From NCBI RefSeq assembly GCF_006345805.1, contig NC_042998.1, positions 146,196,001 through 146,260,000 of the forward strand: a stretch of DNA of 64,000 nt. The letters run 5' to 3'. A program made the translations under genes and the position numbers. Positions 38,101 to 50,058 of the stretch are shown here, piece after piece. The notes beneath the pieces are model-generated. The model did no database searches. It saw only the letters and a program-made list of their open reading frames with translations, and was not told the DNA's origin. The stretch comes from Octopus sinensis (taxonomy: Eukaryota). Numbering within the stretch: the stretch's first letter is position 1; each line of letters starts with the position of its first letter.

Positions 38101-39186
38101 CATAAAATTCAGAAAAACAAATGCAGAATTAGCAACTCTACCCCAGGTAGGGAGAACTCGAATATTGTAACAGCAGTCATAGGAATAGACAGACGTAGGT
38201 ATGGCTGTGTAGTTTTTCAACATGGTTTTATATTCAGCCCCACTATGTGGAATTTGTGTGCCTTCTACTAGAGCTCTGGGCTAATCAAGGCCCAAATATG
38301 TGTATATACACAATCAGGTGAAGAATGGTAACAGTAAAAGGCATATAACTTGTAAACATGGATATGTGGACATTAAAACAACAGTTAGTGGCTAATATAC
38401 TAACAGTAAAAATTATGTTTGGACAAGATCTAATCTTTAATTGCAAGGTAACTTTACGTGATACAAAGGAAATTTTAAATATTGCAGTACCTCACCTGAT
38501 ATTTGTATTTTCCATATTCTTTTACTGGCCTCAGCCAGAGGTTGGAACACCACCAACAGTAAGAAAAATGACTCCATTGAAAATGTCATAACTAACCAGC
38601 TGTTAAAAACCTAAGTATTTCATTTGATTTGAGCTAGTCATTGGACTGAGGACAAGCTGAAGAACACTACCATGAGTTTAGTTGAACAAATCGACCATAG
38701 TATTTTGAGTCTGGTACCCATCACACTTTCTGAACTGCCAAGATGTGTTAAGGGATTAACACAACTTCCACAATCCTACTAAATTTGCTCACAAGGTATT
38801 GGCCAGCCTGGAGGTACAGTAAAAGACACTTAACCAAAGCTCCACACAGCAGTGCTGAACTAGATATCACGTGATTACAAAATGAAAATGTTTAACTAGT
38901 CAGACATGCCAATTTGGTCAAATTAGAAAGAATATTGCCATTTGATTTCGAGGAATGGAGTATAAAAATTTCAGGTATGTCATCTTGTAGAGCTGTATTG
39001 AATTATAAAGTAATCAGTACATTGGAGGTAAAAATAATTTATATCAGGCATTTGAAGCACTATAAAAATTCATTTGCTGAGTGATTTCTCAAATTAACAT
39101 TTGTAATTACCAATTACAGACTTTCCTTACTCGTACAGTAAATTCACATTTTAAAATGTATGCATTATCTCCCCTTAATTACACAA

Positions 39187-39553
39187 TTTATTTGTAACTG
39201 TCAAGATAAAACTTACAAATATTTTCGAGTATACAACGATCAAGTTATAAATATGTATATAAACCCTCACCATTGAATGTATACGCAAAAATATTAAAGT
39301 TATAAATATGGCAATGTTAAAAATAAACCAAACTGTAAAATTACCAAGCAGACATCACAGGACAACCCATTGAAGCGAGAATCTAATATCTACGAAAGCA
39401 GGCGCGCATATATATTATACATAAATGTAAACTTCCGCAACATACACCACCAAAACAAGACAATGGCGAAAGGGAATTAACCGAAGATTATTTCATTTTA
39501 AGTTGCAAGGAGGAAAAAAGCCAAACAAAGTCGTGTGAATGATAAAATTTATT
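39187..39553 (-). promoter_or_regulatory. Candidate H2A.Z polyadenylation signals
   Basis: AATAAA on the minus strand at 39548-39553 and 39187-39192, about 400 and 760 nt downstream of the stop. Confidence 0.45.
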
Positions 39554-39948
39554 TGTGTAATGAAGACGCATGATAAATCTTATTTACTCCACCCATTAGA
39601 AGATGAGTGGAGGTGATCAATACAGTGTCTTATAAAAACACCAGATTGATTGGTTTGGAAGTTTCAAAATTGTTGTATAGTGATATACAAATAGTGAAGA
39701 GAATGGAAATAAAAAATACAAGAGAAAATGGGAAGTTAATAAAATCTCTCGGACTTATGACAATATAGCTACATATGACAACTATGTTCTCGTATTGGGA
39801 AGGGGTGGGGCTGGTGGCGGTAGGGACAGGTTTTCCCGGTTCTTTTGATATTTTTTGTTTGTTTTTGAGAGCAGAGGGGAGGGGGATTAAAATTTAATGA
39901 TTTTAAGGACTAGCAACCACACCAAATATACAACAAACACTCCATGGT

Positions 39949-40010
39949 TTATGTAGCCTTTTGTGATCCTTTCTTGCCGATAAGAGATTTGTGGATGTGA
40001 GGAATGACAC
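39949..40010 (-). CDS. H2AZ: H2A.Z exon 5 (coding part)
   Basis: (G)[19 protein letters not shown]; acceptor tttttccAG. Confidence 0.97.
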
Positions 40011-42587
40011 CTGGAAAAACATGAAAAATAACTTCAGTAAGATTCAAATAAAAAAATCCTAGACTACTTAAAATACTAAAATTGATAAGTTTGGAGTCCC
40101 TTAAACTATTTTAATTATTTAACAATTTGCCCAACTTTTACTAACAGGAAATATCCCCAATTCTTAATTTTAAACACGGTTTTGCAGAAAAAAATTAAAA
40201 CAAATTCAGCAATATAAAATATTAGTGCATTATTTTACTTAGCCTAATCAAGGTAGAAAAGCTTAAAGTAGACGAAGAAGAAAAAAAAAAATACTAACCA
40301 CCACCAGCAATTGTTGCCTTGATTAGAGAATCCAATTCTTCATCACCTCGGATTGCTAACTGTAAATGACGGGGAGTGATACGTTTCACCTTCAAGTCTT
40401 TACTGGCATTACCAGCCAACTCTAGCACCTGAAATATCAAAAATCAAGTTAATGTTTAAACAATATTAATGATTATACAGATCCCCTACGTTGTCGTTCC
40501 ATTTGCCAAATCCCCTAAGTCTTGTTCAGGGGGAAAATAAACTGGTCATGATTAGATTGCTTAAAGTATAAACAGGATTTCTCCCATGAAACAAGTCATC
40601 CTAATTGCTAAAAATAACTAAATTCATTTCGTTTTTGGTTTGCAAGATTCTTTATGTGAGCTCGTGTGTTGAAGCATTTTCTGTTGCCATTCTCTTTTGG
40701 AGCCTTATAATTTAACACACTCACCGGTAAAATTTCCATTTATTTCTTTGTTTTTCTAAAATTTTCGTTGCGTTTTGCAACCCTCTTCAAGTGTCAAAGC
40801 TATTGATAAGGTTGCAAGACGATGAGTGTCAAATTATAAGGCACCAAAAGAAAATGACTCTCCGCAGACATAACTAAATTTACTAAAGGCTGAAATGTGT
40901 TTGAAAAACGGAAAAGATCACGGTCACATCTAAGACACTAAAATTTTTTTTAAATGTGTATTTACAGATAAAACGTTAGTTTAATAACTGTAATAAATAA
41001 TGACAAGCTAATTGTGTAAATGAAAACATGAAAAGTCTGGTAGTTATGGACGATAAACAACCTCACCGTTATTTCAAATGTTGAACCGGCGAGGTATCAT
41101 TGGCTGAGGAGGCCGTGTGAATGCATTCAGCTGTATGTGTGCTGTGTATAGAGCAGCTACACACAATTAGGTGTAGGGGTATAAAAGAACCAGTCCATCA
41201 AGTACCCCTCCCGGCTTTATAAACCTTACCACCCTCAACCACCACCAGTAGTAAGAGCAGCAGCAAGCCCAAATCACTGACAAAAAGACATTTCAAATTT
41301 TACCCCCAGCCCCGCTAAATTACTCAAAGCAAACATTTTAAAAATAAAGACATTAAAGTAAAAATTTTATTAAAACATATATGAAAGGTAAGCTTAACTA
41401 AAAAACCCAACATTGATGACCTAATTTTACCCCTCCCTCCTCAATTAATGAGGTTTTCCTAACTTTTTTAAAAATAAAGTAGGGACCGAAAAATAGTTTT
41501 CTTTTAGTCAACAATCACTGCCAAAAGTTCGTAAGTCTTTCACGATGACGAGAATGATTAAAATAAAATCGAAATTCTATTGAATTAGAACCTATAAAAG
41601 AATTGAGACTTCTTTTTTTTTTAGGCGGGATATGAGGGCTTTGTGAAGACTTAGAGAAAATACAAAACAAGATTGCCAAGCCTAGATACATATCTATGGC
41701 CGGTAACTGTAAATTTAGCTGTTTTATATATTTAAATTTAAATATTACCGGAATTATAAAACAATTAGGAACTGTAAATGTCCAAACAGACAATACAAAG
41801 AGCCCAACAACTTTCAGACTTTTTGTCTTGGACATATTGGCGGGAATTAAACAAATCAAGTTTAAGATAACAAAAAACGATATTTCCCAAAAAAAATAGG
41901 CAACTTTCAACACAGTGAACAATAGATTATAGCTTGTAGAAACATCGACATTTTATTATATCAATGTAAAAATTAACTCCAGGCTAAGCAGGCCATCAGC
42001 TAATTTAATAAACCCGCGAAATTTCAATGAAGGATCGAGGGAGTAATTAAAATACATAATCAATAACAGAAAATTTACAATTGTTGAGTAAAATTGAATT
42101 TGTTTTAAATCCTACCTCAGCCGTTAGATACTCTAAAATAGCTGCACTGTAGACTGCGGCCGTTGCTCCTACACGTCCATGGCTCGTTGTTCTGTTTTTC
42201 AAGTGCCTGTGAATACGACCGACTGGAAACTACAAAATAATACAGGCATTAATCGTTTACGAAATGGTAAATGACAGGGATTAGATTCTTGAAAAAAAAA
42301 TTATCTAGAAAATATATTTTTAAAAATGATGTTCATTATGACTAACCTGCAAACCAGCACGAGCTGAACGTGACACGGCTTTCGCTTTAGCTTTTCCTGA
42401 ATCTTTACCGGCTTTTCCTCCCGCCTAAAAATATTTGGAGAAAAACCAAAATAACATATCACTTAATAACTTAGTAAATGGAAAATGAAACATCCAGGTA
42501 AACGACAAGACAATTAAGCAGGTATAAATAATAATTAAAACCATCGATGGCCATTTACGACCGAATAATCAAACGGATGCTAACCAT
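39949..42587 (-). CDS. H2AZ: Histone H2A.Z / H2A.V variant, 5 exons, 128 aa
   Basis: join(42587-42585, 42424-42347, 42229-42116, 40428-40299, 40010-39949) translates to [128 protein letters not shown]. All introns are GT-AG, and exon sizes 3/78/114/130 match the conserved H2A.Z layout. Not recovered by the ORF track. Confidence 0.98.
40299..40428 (-). CDS. H2AZ: H2A.Z exon 4
   Basis: [43 protein letters not shown]; acceptor atttcAG, donor GTTAGT. Confidence 0.98.
40686..40858. repeat. Intronic inverted-repeat element (~38-bp arms)
   Basis: GCCATTCTCTTTTGGAGCCTTATAATTTAACACACTCA versus the reverse complement of the right arm GTCATTTTCTTTTGGTGCCTTATAATTTGACACTCA; inner TTGCAACC/GGTTGCAA. Confidence 0.75.
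42116..42229 (-). CDS. H2AZ: H2A.Z exon 3
   Basis: [38 protein letters not shown]; acceptor ttttgtAG, donor GTAGGA. Confidence 0.98.
42347..42424 (-). CDS. H2AZ: H2A.Z exon 2
   Basis: [26 protein letters not shown]; acceptor tttttAG, donor GTTAGT. Confidence 0.98.
42585..42587 (-). CDS. H2AZ: H2A.Z exon 1 (ATG only)
   Basis: aaaaaacATG|GTTAGC; an ATG-only first coding exon is the known H2A.Z arrangement. Confidence 0.9.
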
Positions 42588-42668
42588 GTTTTTTCGTTTC
42601 ACTCACAAACAGTAAAAAATCCTCTCTGCGTTCTCCTGCAACCGCCAAAACACTAACACCTTCAGCTT

Positions 42669-42730
42669 CGTCACGTGCCTGAATAAGCCAATGAAAAACG
42701 AGCTCTTATATATGGACCAATGAAAATTGG
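42669..42730 (-). promoter_or_regulatory. H2A.Z proximal promoter
   Basis: CCAAT boxes at 42688, 42717 and 42726 (inverted); TATATAAG on the minus strand (~42705-42712); GTCACGTG E-box/CRE-like site at 42670-42677. Confidence 0.65.
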
Positions 42731-45700
42731 CAACACAATAAAAATACTCGCCGCTGTTGTTTTCGTTGCTTTTGGGCCTTAACTCATGTTTGTGACTCTT
42801 TTAAAGTCGTCATCATTCCTTTTGGGTTTGATTATTTCGTAACGCTGGAGACATTCTTACTGTCTTCGCTATAAAATAAAATAAAACTCCCTTTCTGCAA
42901 AATAAAATAAATACTAATTTTATTAATTCTACGCAATATTACTTGAATATATAAAATGGGGTTAAATCATAATTACAAATAAATTTATTCCTTTTTTAAA
43001 GCAAACCTACGTTTTCCCCTGTCAGTTCCCTTTTGTCGCAAACAAATTTTATATTCACAAATGATTATGGCAATTCTTTTTATTTAAAACGTACTCCCCC
43101 CTCTTCCCCCCATATATATATAGAAACACAAACCTGAGTCTATTTCTCATTGTTTTTCCCTTAAAATATTTATTTTTACATGATTTATTTAGTGTTAATT
43201 AATGAAACCTGCAAGCTATTTAAAATTTGAGATAAAAAGCCGCCGTGGAAATCTGCCAGCGACGGAATAAAGAGACAATTGGTGCGCAATGTGATCAGTT
43301 GTGGTCTCGTAATTAATTACTTCTCTATCTAAGTAAACCAGAACTTTTTAAATAATATTTCTTAAATGGGATTCCTAGTATTTCTATTATTAATTGTTTT
43401 TTATTATGAATTTTTCTTTTATTCTCCGGGTGAATAATTTCTTATTTTTCGGAGGGAAAAATAAACAAGGCTTTGTTCGCTGTGTTTTTCTTCTCTTTTT
43501 AACGATGAATTACTTTTTAAATTCCGAAAATGTCAATGGAGTATTATTTTTATAAAAAGAAGAACCCGATGTTTATATAAATATAAAACAATTACAACGA
43601 AATATCGCAATTAATATTTGTTTATGTATTAGAAGTATTGAAAATTATAGAAACCGAGAGATGGAGTGATTTCTTGTCTCCAATGTGAAAGTTAAATGCT
43701 ATTGGGAATTGTGCCAAAACAAGCGGCAATGTTTTGATAATTACTGGGAGATAACACTGGAATTGTCCAATTTATGTTTAGAAATTAAGTTTGCGCCTCT
43801 TGCTCGTTCGTCATTTAGACAAACTTTCTTAACAAAGCCGACTGGATAAATACAATATATATGTAGGAAATATATTGCTAAATTCTTTTTCTAGTTTACT
43901 CTTGTTTTTCTTCTAAAATTCCAGTTTTCACCAGACTTTTATTTTTTATTTTACTTTTTTAACAAATAAATTATGAACATTTGCTCACCTCAGATCATCT
44001 TCATGGAAACTGATCTTGGGGACCCGGTTTCAATTCCTAGTCGAAGCCAACTTCCTTGTGGTGTTAATGCTCTTGAAAAAGGCATGAACGTCACAATTTT
44101 ATTTTTCTATCCTTACATAAGATTTAAATCTTGCTTAAGGACACAACACATTCGAAATTCTCATTAGTCTAATGAGTGTTATTTTCATCAACATCACCAT
44201 CATCATCATCATCATCAGGAATTACACCAGTTATAGAACGGCCTGGATAATTCCTGAAAGAACTGCTGTCTGTTCGCTTGACTTGCTAAAAAATAGCAGG
44301 CAAAACACACCCTGCCATCATAAATAAAGAAATTTACTTCGGATAATATAGTCCCTGGTGCACAAAAAGACAGGATGATAACAGATGGAACAACGTTTAT
44401 TATAAGGTTGTTGGATCACCACTGACCCAAGTCTAAGCAAAGAAATTTTGTAAACGAAGTCCTTTTTTTTCTGGTTACTTTTTTTTTTTTTGATTCTTGA
44501 AATCGTGAATTGGTCATATTTTCGAAGATATGGAATAAGATTATATTCTGAAGAATTAGCCAAACATGAAGATTGTATAACTCCTGTTGGTGTGTGTGTG
44601 TGTTTGTGTTATTGTCTCTTCACCTTGACTTTGCAAGATAATTATGAGTTTCACCATCATGCAAGTAATGTCCTTTATGCGAAAGAAAACGTGTCTGGTC
44701 ATGGGGAAATATTACCTTGCTTAGAAACAGAGGAGGGTTAGAGACATGAAGGGCATTTGGCAGTAGAAAATCCATGCAAGCATGGAAAAGTATGGTGAAT
44801 TCCTGCTCCTTACTGTCTTAACTCTGGAGTGCTCCTAAGTTTGGTTTAGTATCTAAATCTCTACCTTGATCTACTTGCCATTACATCCAATACCACCCAC
44901 TCCTACACGTAATATATGACCTTTATTCTTTCTTAACATTCTTCAAACATGCATCATCTAGATGCAGCCTAGACGTTACGTGCCAAATCCACACCAATTC
45001 CATGAACAGAGATCTTGAAAGTATTCTCCAGTGGGGATATATGTTAACCTTGTCTCTTTTGACTGCAAGAAAACATGAATGCTACTTATATCAAGTAAAC
45101 ATCATTTCATCATACCTTCCCTTAAACATGAGTAGCACACACTAAGAGCTCTCACAACTAGAGTGCCAAATACTGTACCGCACTATCATTAAGGATCTCT
45201 CCAGGAAAGCACATTCAAAGCACCTCAATGATTTTGTTCTTCTCTTCAGGGCCAGAAAATTCTTCAGTCCCACCAAAATTATTGATATTCTATAAAGTTC
45301 AAGCAAGGCTCACAACAGATTAATGTTCCCATATCTAGGACAGTGCTGCTGCTAGATAGGCATCCTAAACCACATCCAAAAAAGGACCACCTAACTCATG
45401 GTACTAAGTCAATGCTCAAGCCTCTAATCCAGGGATGTACTGCCTCCTCTCTCTGTCTCTTCTACTGGTAACAGAGTGAGAGGAGCCATACTGACTGGGC
45501 TTGTGCTATCTCTAACTGAAACATTCCCAAATCAAATCACTCATCTCTCTTCCTTCCAACACCTTTGTTGTGTCCAACCCACCCCAACAAACCCCTATAC
45601 TTCCTTTTCAAAACATTATCCCTTTGAACCTTTTCTTTGCTTGCTCTTTCCCTCAGGCATTGATTTATAATAGCTTAAGTGGCATGTTTACAGTATCATT

Positions 45701-46850
45701 CTCACCAGTCTCAGTGGACCTGCAAAGACCCAATAAGGGCAACCTTTTACCTGGAGTTGTACAGCAAAAATTAATTTATGTTTCTTTGTAGGGAGTAAAC
45801 AGATTATCATTGATTGCTAATCTTACCCTGTACCTCCAAAGCAGAGTGGATATTTCATTATCTAACACTCACTATAAACCCAGCTTCTTGTAATACAAGA
45901 CAATTCTCTTCTGAGTCTCAGAGTCAATTTCCTTGAGATAAAACACAAGAAAGTTGACAAGATATGAAGGAAATTAGTCATGTGGACTCAAACCTTTTCA
46001 CTTCATTCTGCATCATCTGATGCAGAAAGGTAACTGAAACTGCTGAAGAATAAAAGAATTATGTTTGATATCCAGACAGGAGCAGTGGAAATTACTTTAT
46101 CAAACAAATGTGTGTGCATGGCTGTATATAAAACAGAACTTATTTTAATATATTTTTAGGACAAATAAGATAGTGAGCTGACAAAATCATTGCGTGCTTG
46201 ACAAAATATTTAGCAGCATTTCTTTTGGCTTTGCAAACTGAGTTCAAATCCTGATGATGTTGCCTTTCATTGTTTTGAGAGTCAATAAAATAAGTACCAG
46301 TTGAGCAATGTAATTGACTAAACACCTGCCCCTAGAATTACAGGCCACATGTCTATAATAGAAAGGAAAAAAATATTTTTATGACAAATAGCCTAAGCAT
46401 AGTCGAATAAATATCAAAGAAAGGTCCACTGTGGTAGGTATCTTTTTCAGTGACACTAACACTGACAACAGCCAACACAAACAGTAGCATAATAAACACT
46501 GTGACTGGACACTCTTTACATCCTAAACACGCACATTACCTCATCAAACCAACTATGACAATTTAGCAACCTGGAAAGAATCTTCTGCTCTATACTCCTA
46601 AATATCACAGCTATTTGGTAAACATGTAGACTGCCTACAATGGAATCCACTCTGTTGCAAGGTCTCTGATTTGAGATTACTTCCTACCTTTTCCCACCTG
46701 TCTTAGAGGCTGTGTATAGGGTCATGGGTACTACTTTACTTCCTGACTAAAAGCTACAAAAATAACTTCATACACACACACACGCAGATATACATACACA
46801 CACACATACAGATATATACATGCACACACACACACACACACATAAACAGA

Positions 46851-47830
46851 GGAATTTACAATGGGCTGTCCCTGGGAGCTCCTCTATGCTGATAACCTTA
46901 TTCTTATAGATCACTACCAGTACTAGAGAAGAAATTTCAGGCATGGAAACAAGGTCTAGAATTAAAGAGCCTTAAAGTTAATCTAGCAAAAACCAAAGTC
47001 TTAGTAAGTAGGAAGGTGCTCAATCTGTAGAAAAGGTGTAGGTAGCAACTCCAAAAGATGTACCCAGTATAAGCTATGGACTCGTACAAAGTACAGCAAT
47101 ATCAGAGGAAGGTTAACAGGGAAAATAGCTTTTGTGTGTGGAAGGTGCACAGGTGCAATTAACACTAAAAATGCACAAGAAATAGACTCCAACAAATGCC
47201 AGGGAGCAAAACTAGCAATAGTTGATAGCTTCTGTTACCTAGGTAACCATGTCAGTAGTGGAGATGGATGCTCCAAGAGCATAGCTGCAAGAATAAGAAT
47301 AGGCTGGGCAAAGTTCAGAGAGCTCCTACCTCTGTTGGTAATAAAGGAACTCTCCCTTAGAGTGAAAGTCAGATTGTATGATGCCTGTGTGCGAACAGCC
47401 ATGTTACATGGCAGTGAAACATGGGCTGTGACCACTGAGGACACATGAAGGCTAGAAAGAAATGAAGTTTGTATGCTTCGCTGGATGTGTAGTGTCAGTG
47501 TGCATGTATGACAGAGTATAATCGTTTTGAGAGAAAAGATGGGCATATGAGACATCAGATGTGATATGCAAGAGAGATGACTGTGTTGGTATGGTCATGT
47601 AACGCATATATGGATGAGGACAACTGTGTGAAGAAGTGCTGATCTCTAACTGTGGAGGAAACCTATGAAAGAGGTAGACTCAGGAAGTCATGGGACAAGG
47701 TGATGAAGCATGATCTTCAAACGTTGGGCTCCATGGACGCAATGACAAGGGACCATAACCTTTGGCGATATGCTGTGCTTGAGAAGACGCATCAAGTAAA
47801 GTGAAATTGCAGTTATGGCCAATGCTAGTG
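46851..47830 (+). mobile_element. RTE-clade LINE fragment (RT C-terminal half), degenerate
   Basis: GCPWELLYADNL, LKVNLAKTKV, VDSFCYLG and RLYDACVRTAMLHGSETW; frameshifts and stops. Confidence 0.92.
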
Positions 47831-48915
47831 GTGCATACCTGGCTCCCGTGCTAGTGGCATGTAAAAAGCACCCTTTGAACTTTGGGGCACATGGAGGCAA
47901 TGACAAGTGACCAAGACCTTTGGCAACATACTGTCCTTGAGAAGACCTGTCAAGCTGAGATCATAATTGTAGCCAGTGGCAGCTCATAGATAAAATTAGT
48001 GGGGGGATGGTGCTTCAGACAATTTTTAGCCATTGTTTTAATATTGTGTAAAAGGAAACAAACCTATAAAAAGAATATTTATACATAAACTTGATAGGTT
48101 CATGTTTTAGCCACTGCCAGGTAGTGTGTTTAATTTATTCACTGAACACTGCTGCGAATTCCACCTTGTTTTTCAAAAATCCCCCCCAAATCACAAAATA
48201 AGTGGGGAAATCTGCCCTATTTTTCAAATCCTGATAGCAACACTGAAGCTGGAAGCAGAATAATAATCTAATTCTACACTTTATCACATTTGAGAATATA
48301 AACACATTTTTAAGCACAACACATGCGGAGTAAAAAAGAAACACTACTTTTCACTGGCACTGTGTTAACGACAATGCTGTCCCTCCCTAATTTGAAGTTT
48401 CCTATCTCAGAGATGTGAGCCAGCACACAACAGCCAAACATAGCATCACTGGAACTGTGAAGCGCACAGTTCTATACAAGGATTTTGTATTTTTTCATAA
48501 ACTAGGGGATGGCTACTAATATTAAATTTAAGGATTATATAAAGAAAAAAGGACTCATTATATTGAATGTTATCGATAATATTGAGTGGAAATAGTGGGT
48601 GCTACAGTTCCGCAGTGCCTATATACAAGCTGCCACTGGTCATGGCCAATGCTAGTCTTTTGCAAGTGGCTCATGAAAAGCACCCATTACACTCTTGGAG
48701 TAGTTAGCATTAGGAAGGGCACCCAACTGTAGAAACCGTACCAAATCAGATTGAAACCTGGTGCAGCTTTCCAGTTTTCAGTCCAACTGTCCAACCCATA
48801 CCAGCATGGTAAACGGTGGAGATTAAATGATGATGATGATGATATATTATATATTATACATACATACATTCATACGTACATACATACATACGTTTTTTTG
48901 TTTCCCTTTTGGATT

Positions 48916-48955
<40 letters not shown>

Positions 48956-49083
48956 CGGGAAGCTTTATGAAAATAGACAAAAGACGAAGGCAGGTTTACG
49001 GAAATAAACAAAAGACGAAGGCAGGTGGAATACAAACAAACAATTGTATTAGTATGGCGCTCAGGAAATATAAATAAAACAAG

Positions 49084-49121
49084 TCTTTAACGTTTTGAGC
49101 CTACGCTCTTCAACAGAAAGA
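49084..49121 (-). ncRNA. Hammerhead-like motif, variant core CTGTTGA, G12>A
   Basis: Minus strand: TCTTT CTGTTGA A GAGC GTAG GCTC AAA ACGT T AAAGA. Confidence 0.6.
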
Positions 49122-49931
49122 TACACAGAGAAAAAACACAGAAAGAAGGAGAGAAAAAAATATGCGTGCAGAGGCTAGCGAATCAACATGGCGATCTGAT
49201 TTCGGCCAGAAGTCAAAGATCAAACGTGAGACGCAAGAGCAAAATTAGGGGAGATAATAGGGTTAAATTACCTCGCTCCAACATAAGAGTATGTGTGTGT
49301 GTATGAGAAGAGTGTGTGTGTGTGTATGGGAGAGTATTAGCGCGTATGAGAGGTCTGGACGTGTGTATGTATATATGATGTGATGTGTAAAGTCGTATGG
49401 TGTAGTGTAGAGAGAGGAGATTAGGGAAGAGGGGGGAGGTAAGGGGTGAGGGTGAGGGGGGAGAAAGAAAGGAGAGAAGAGGGAAGAAGGAAAGGGGAGA
49501 AGAGGAGGGGGAAGGGGGAGATATATACAAATTGAGATAGGGGTTGTCAATGCAACCTTCCATGGGATAACATATATCCAATATACTGCTAGTGAGGTAC
49601 CCAACAAAGTTAATACATAAATGTTAAGAATTGCGATACAATTAATTCATTTATTGTATTATATGGGCAAAGGTAAAATGTTTTACCACAAATTCATAAT
49701 ACAAAATAAGAAAATGGAGAAATACATCGAAATAAAATATCAATTACCAGATAATACTCAATCACATACTTTATTAAACCACCACATAAGAAACTATAAG
49801 GTTAAACATAATAATGTAGGGTAAAACAGTGTACATGAAGGAGCGTGCATAAAATAGTAATGTTATACAATAAGTAGAATACGTATAATAGAAAATAAAT
49901 ATAAGTACACATACATATAAATATAGACTAT

Positions 49932-50058
49932 ATCTTACAGCTGTTTCGGCCATGTAGATAAGTATGTCTCATTTAACTTATATTAGCCATTTATGGTAGG
50001 TCAATATGTAGTTATAAATGAGACATTTACAAAAACATCCTAAGGCCTCTTCGGAGAT
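49932..50058 (-). ncRNA. Hammerhead-like motif with ~110-nt extended stem II
   Basis: Minus strand: ATCT CCGAAGA GGCC...GGCC GAA ACAGCTGT A AGAT; inner perfect 12-bp stem ATGTCTCATTTA/TAAATGAGACAT (49964-49975, 50015-50026). Confidence 0.75.

Noticed and set aside
41130-41225. H/ACA snoRNA in H2A.Z intron 3 (two hairpins on the minus strand)
   Set aside because: No ANANNA H-box between the hairpins.
41515-41922. 135-aa ORF inside H2A.Z intron 3
   Set aside because: AT-rich, no recognisable motif and no convincing splice boundaries.
44820-45520. Possible LINE endonuclease remnant on the minus strand
   Set aside because: Too degenerate to read a convincing motif.
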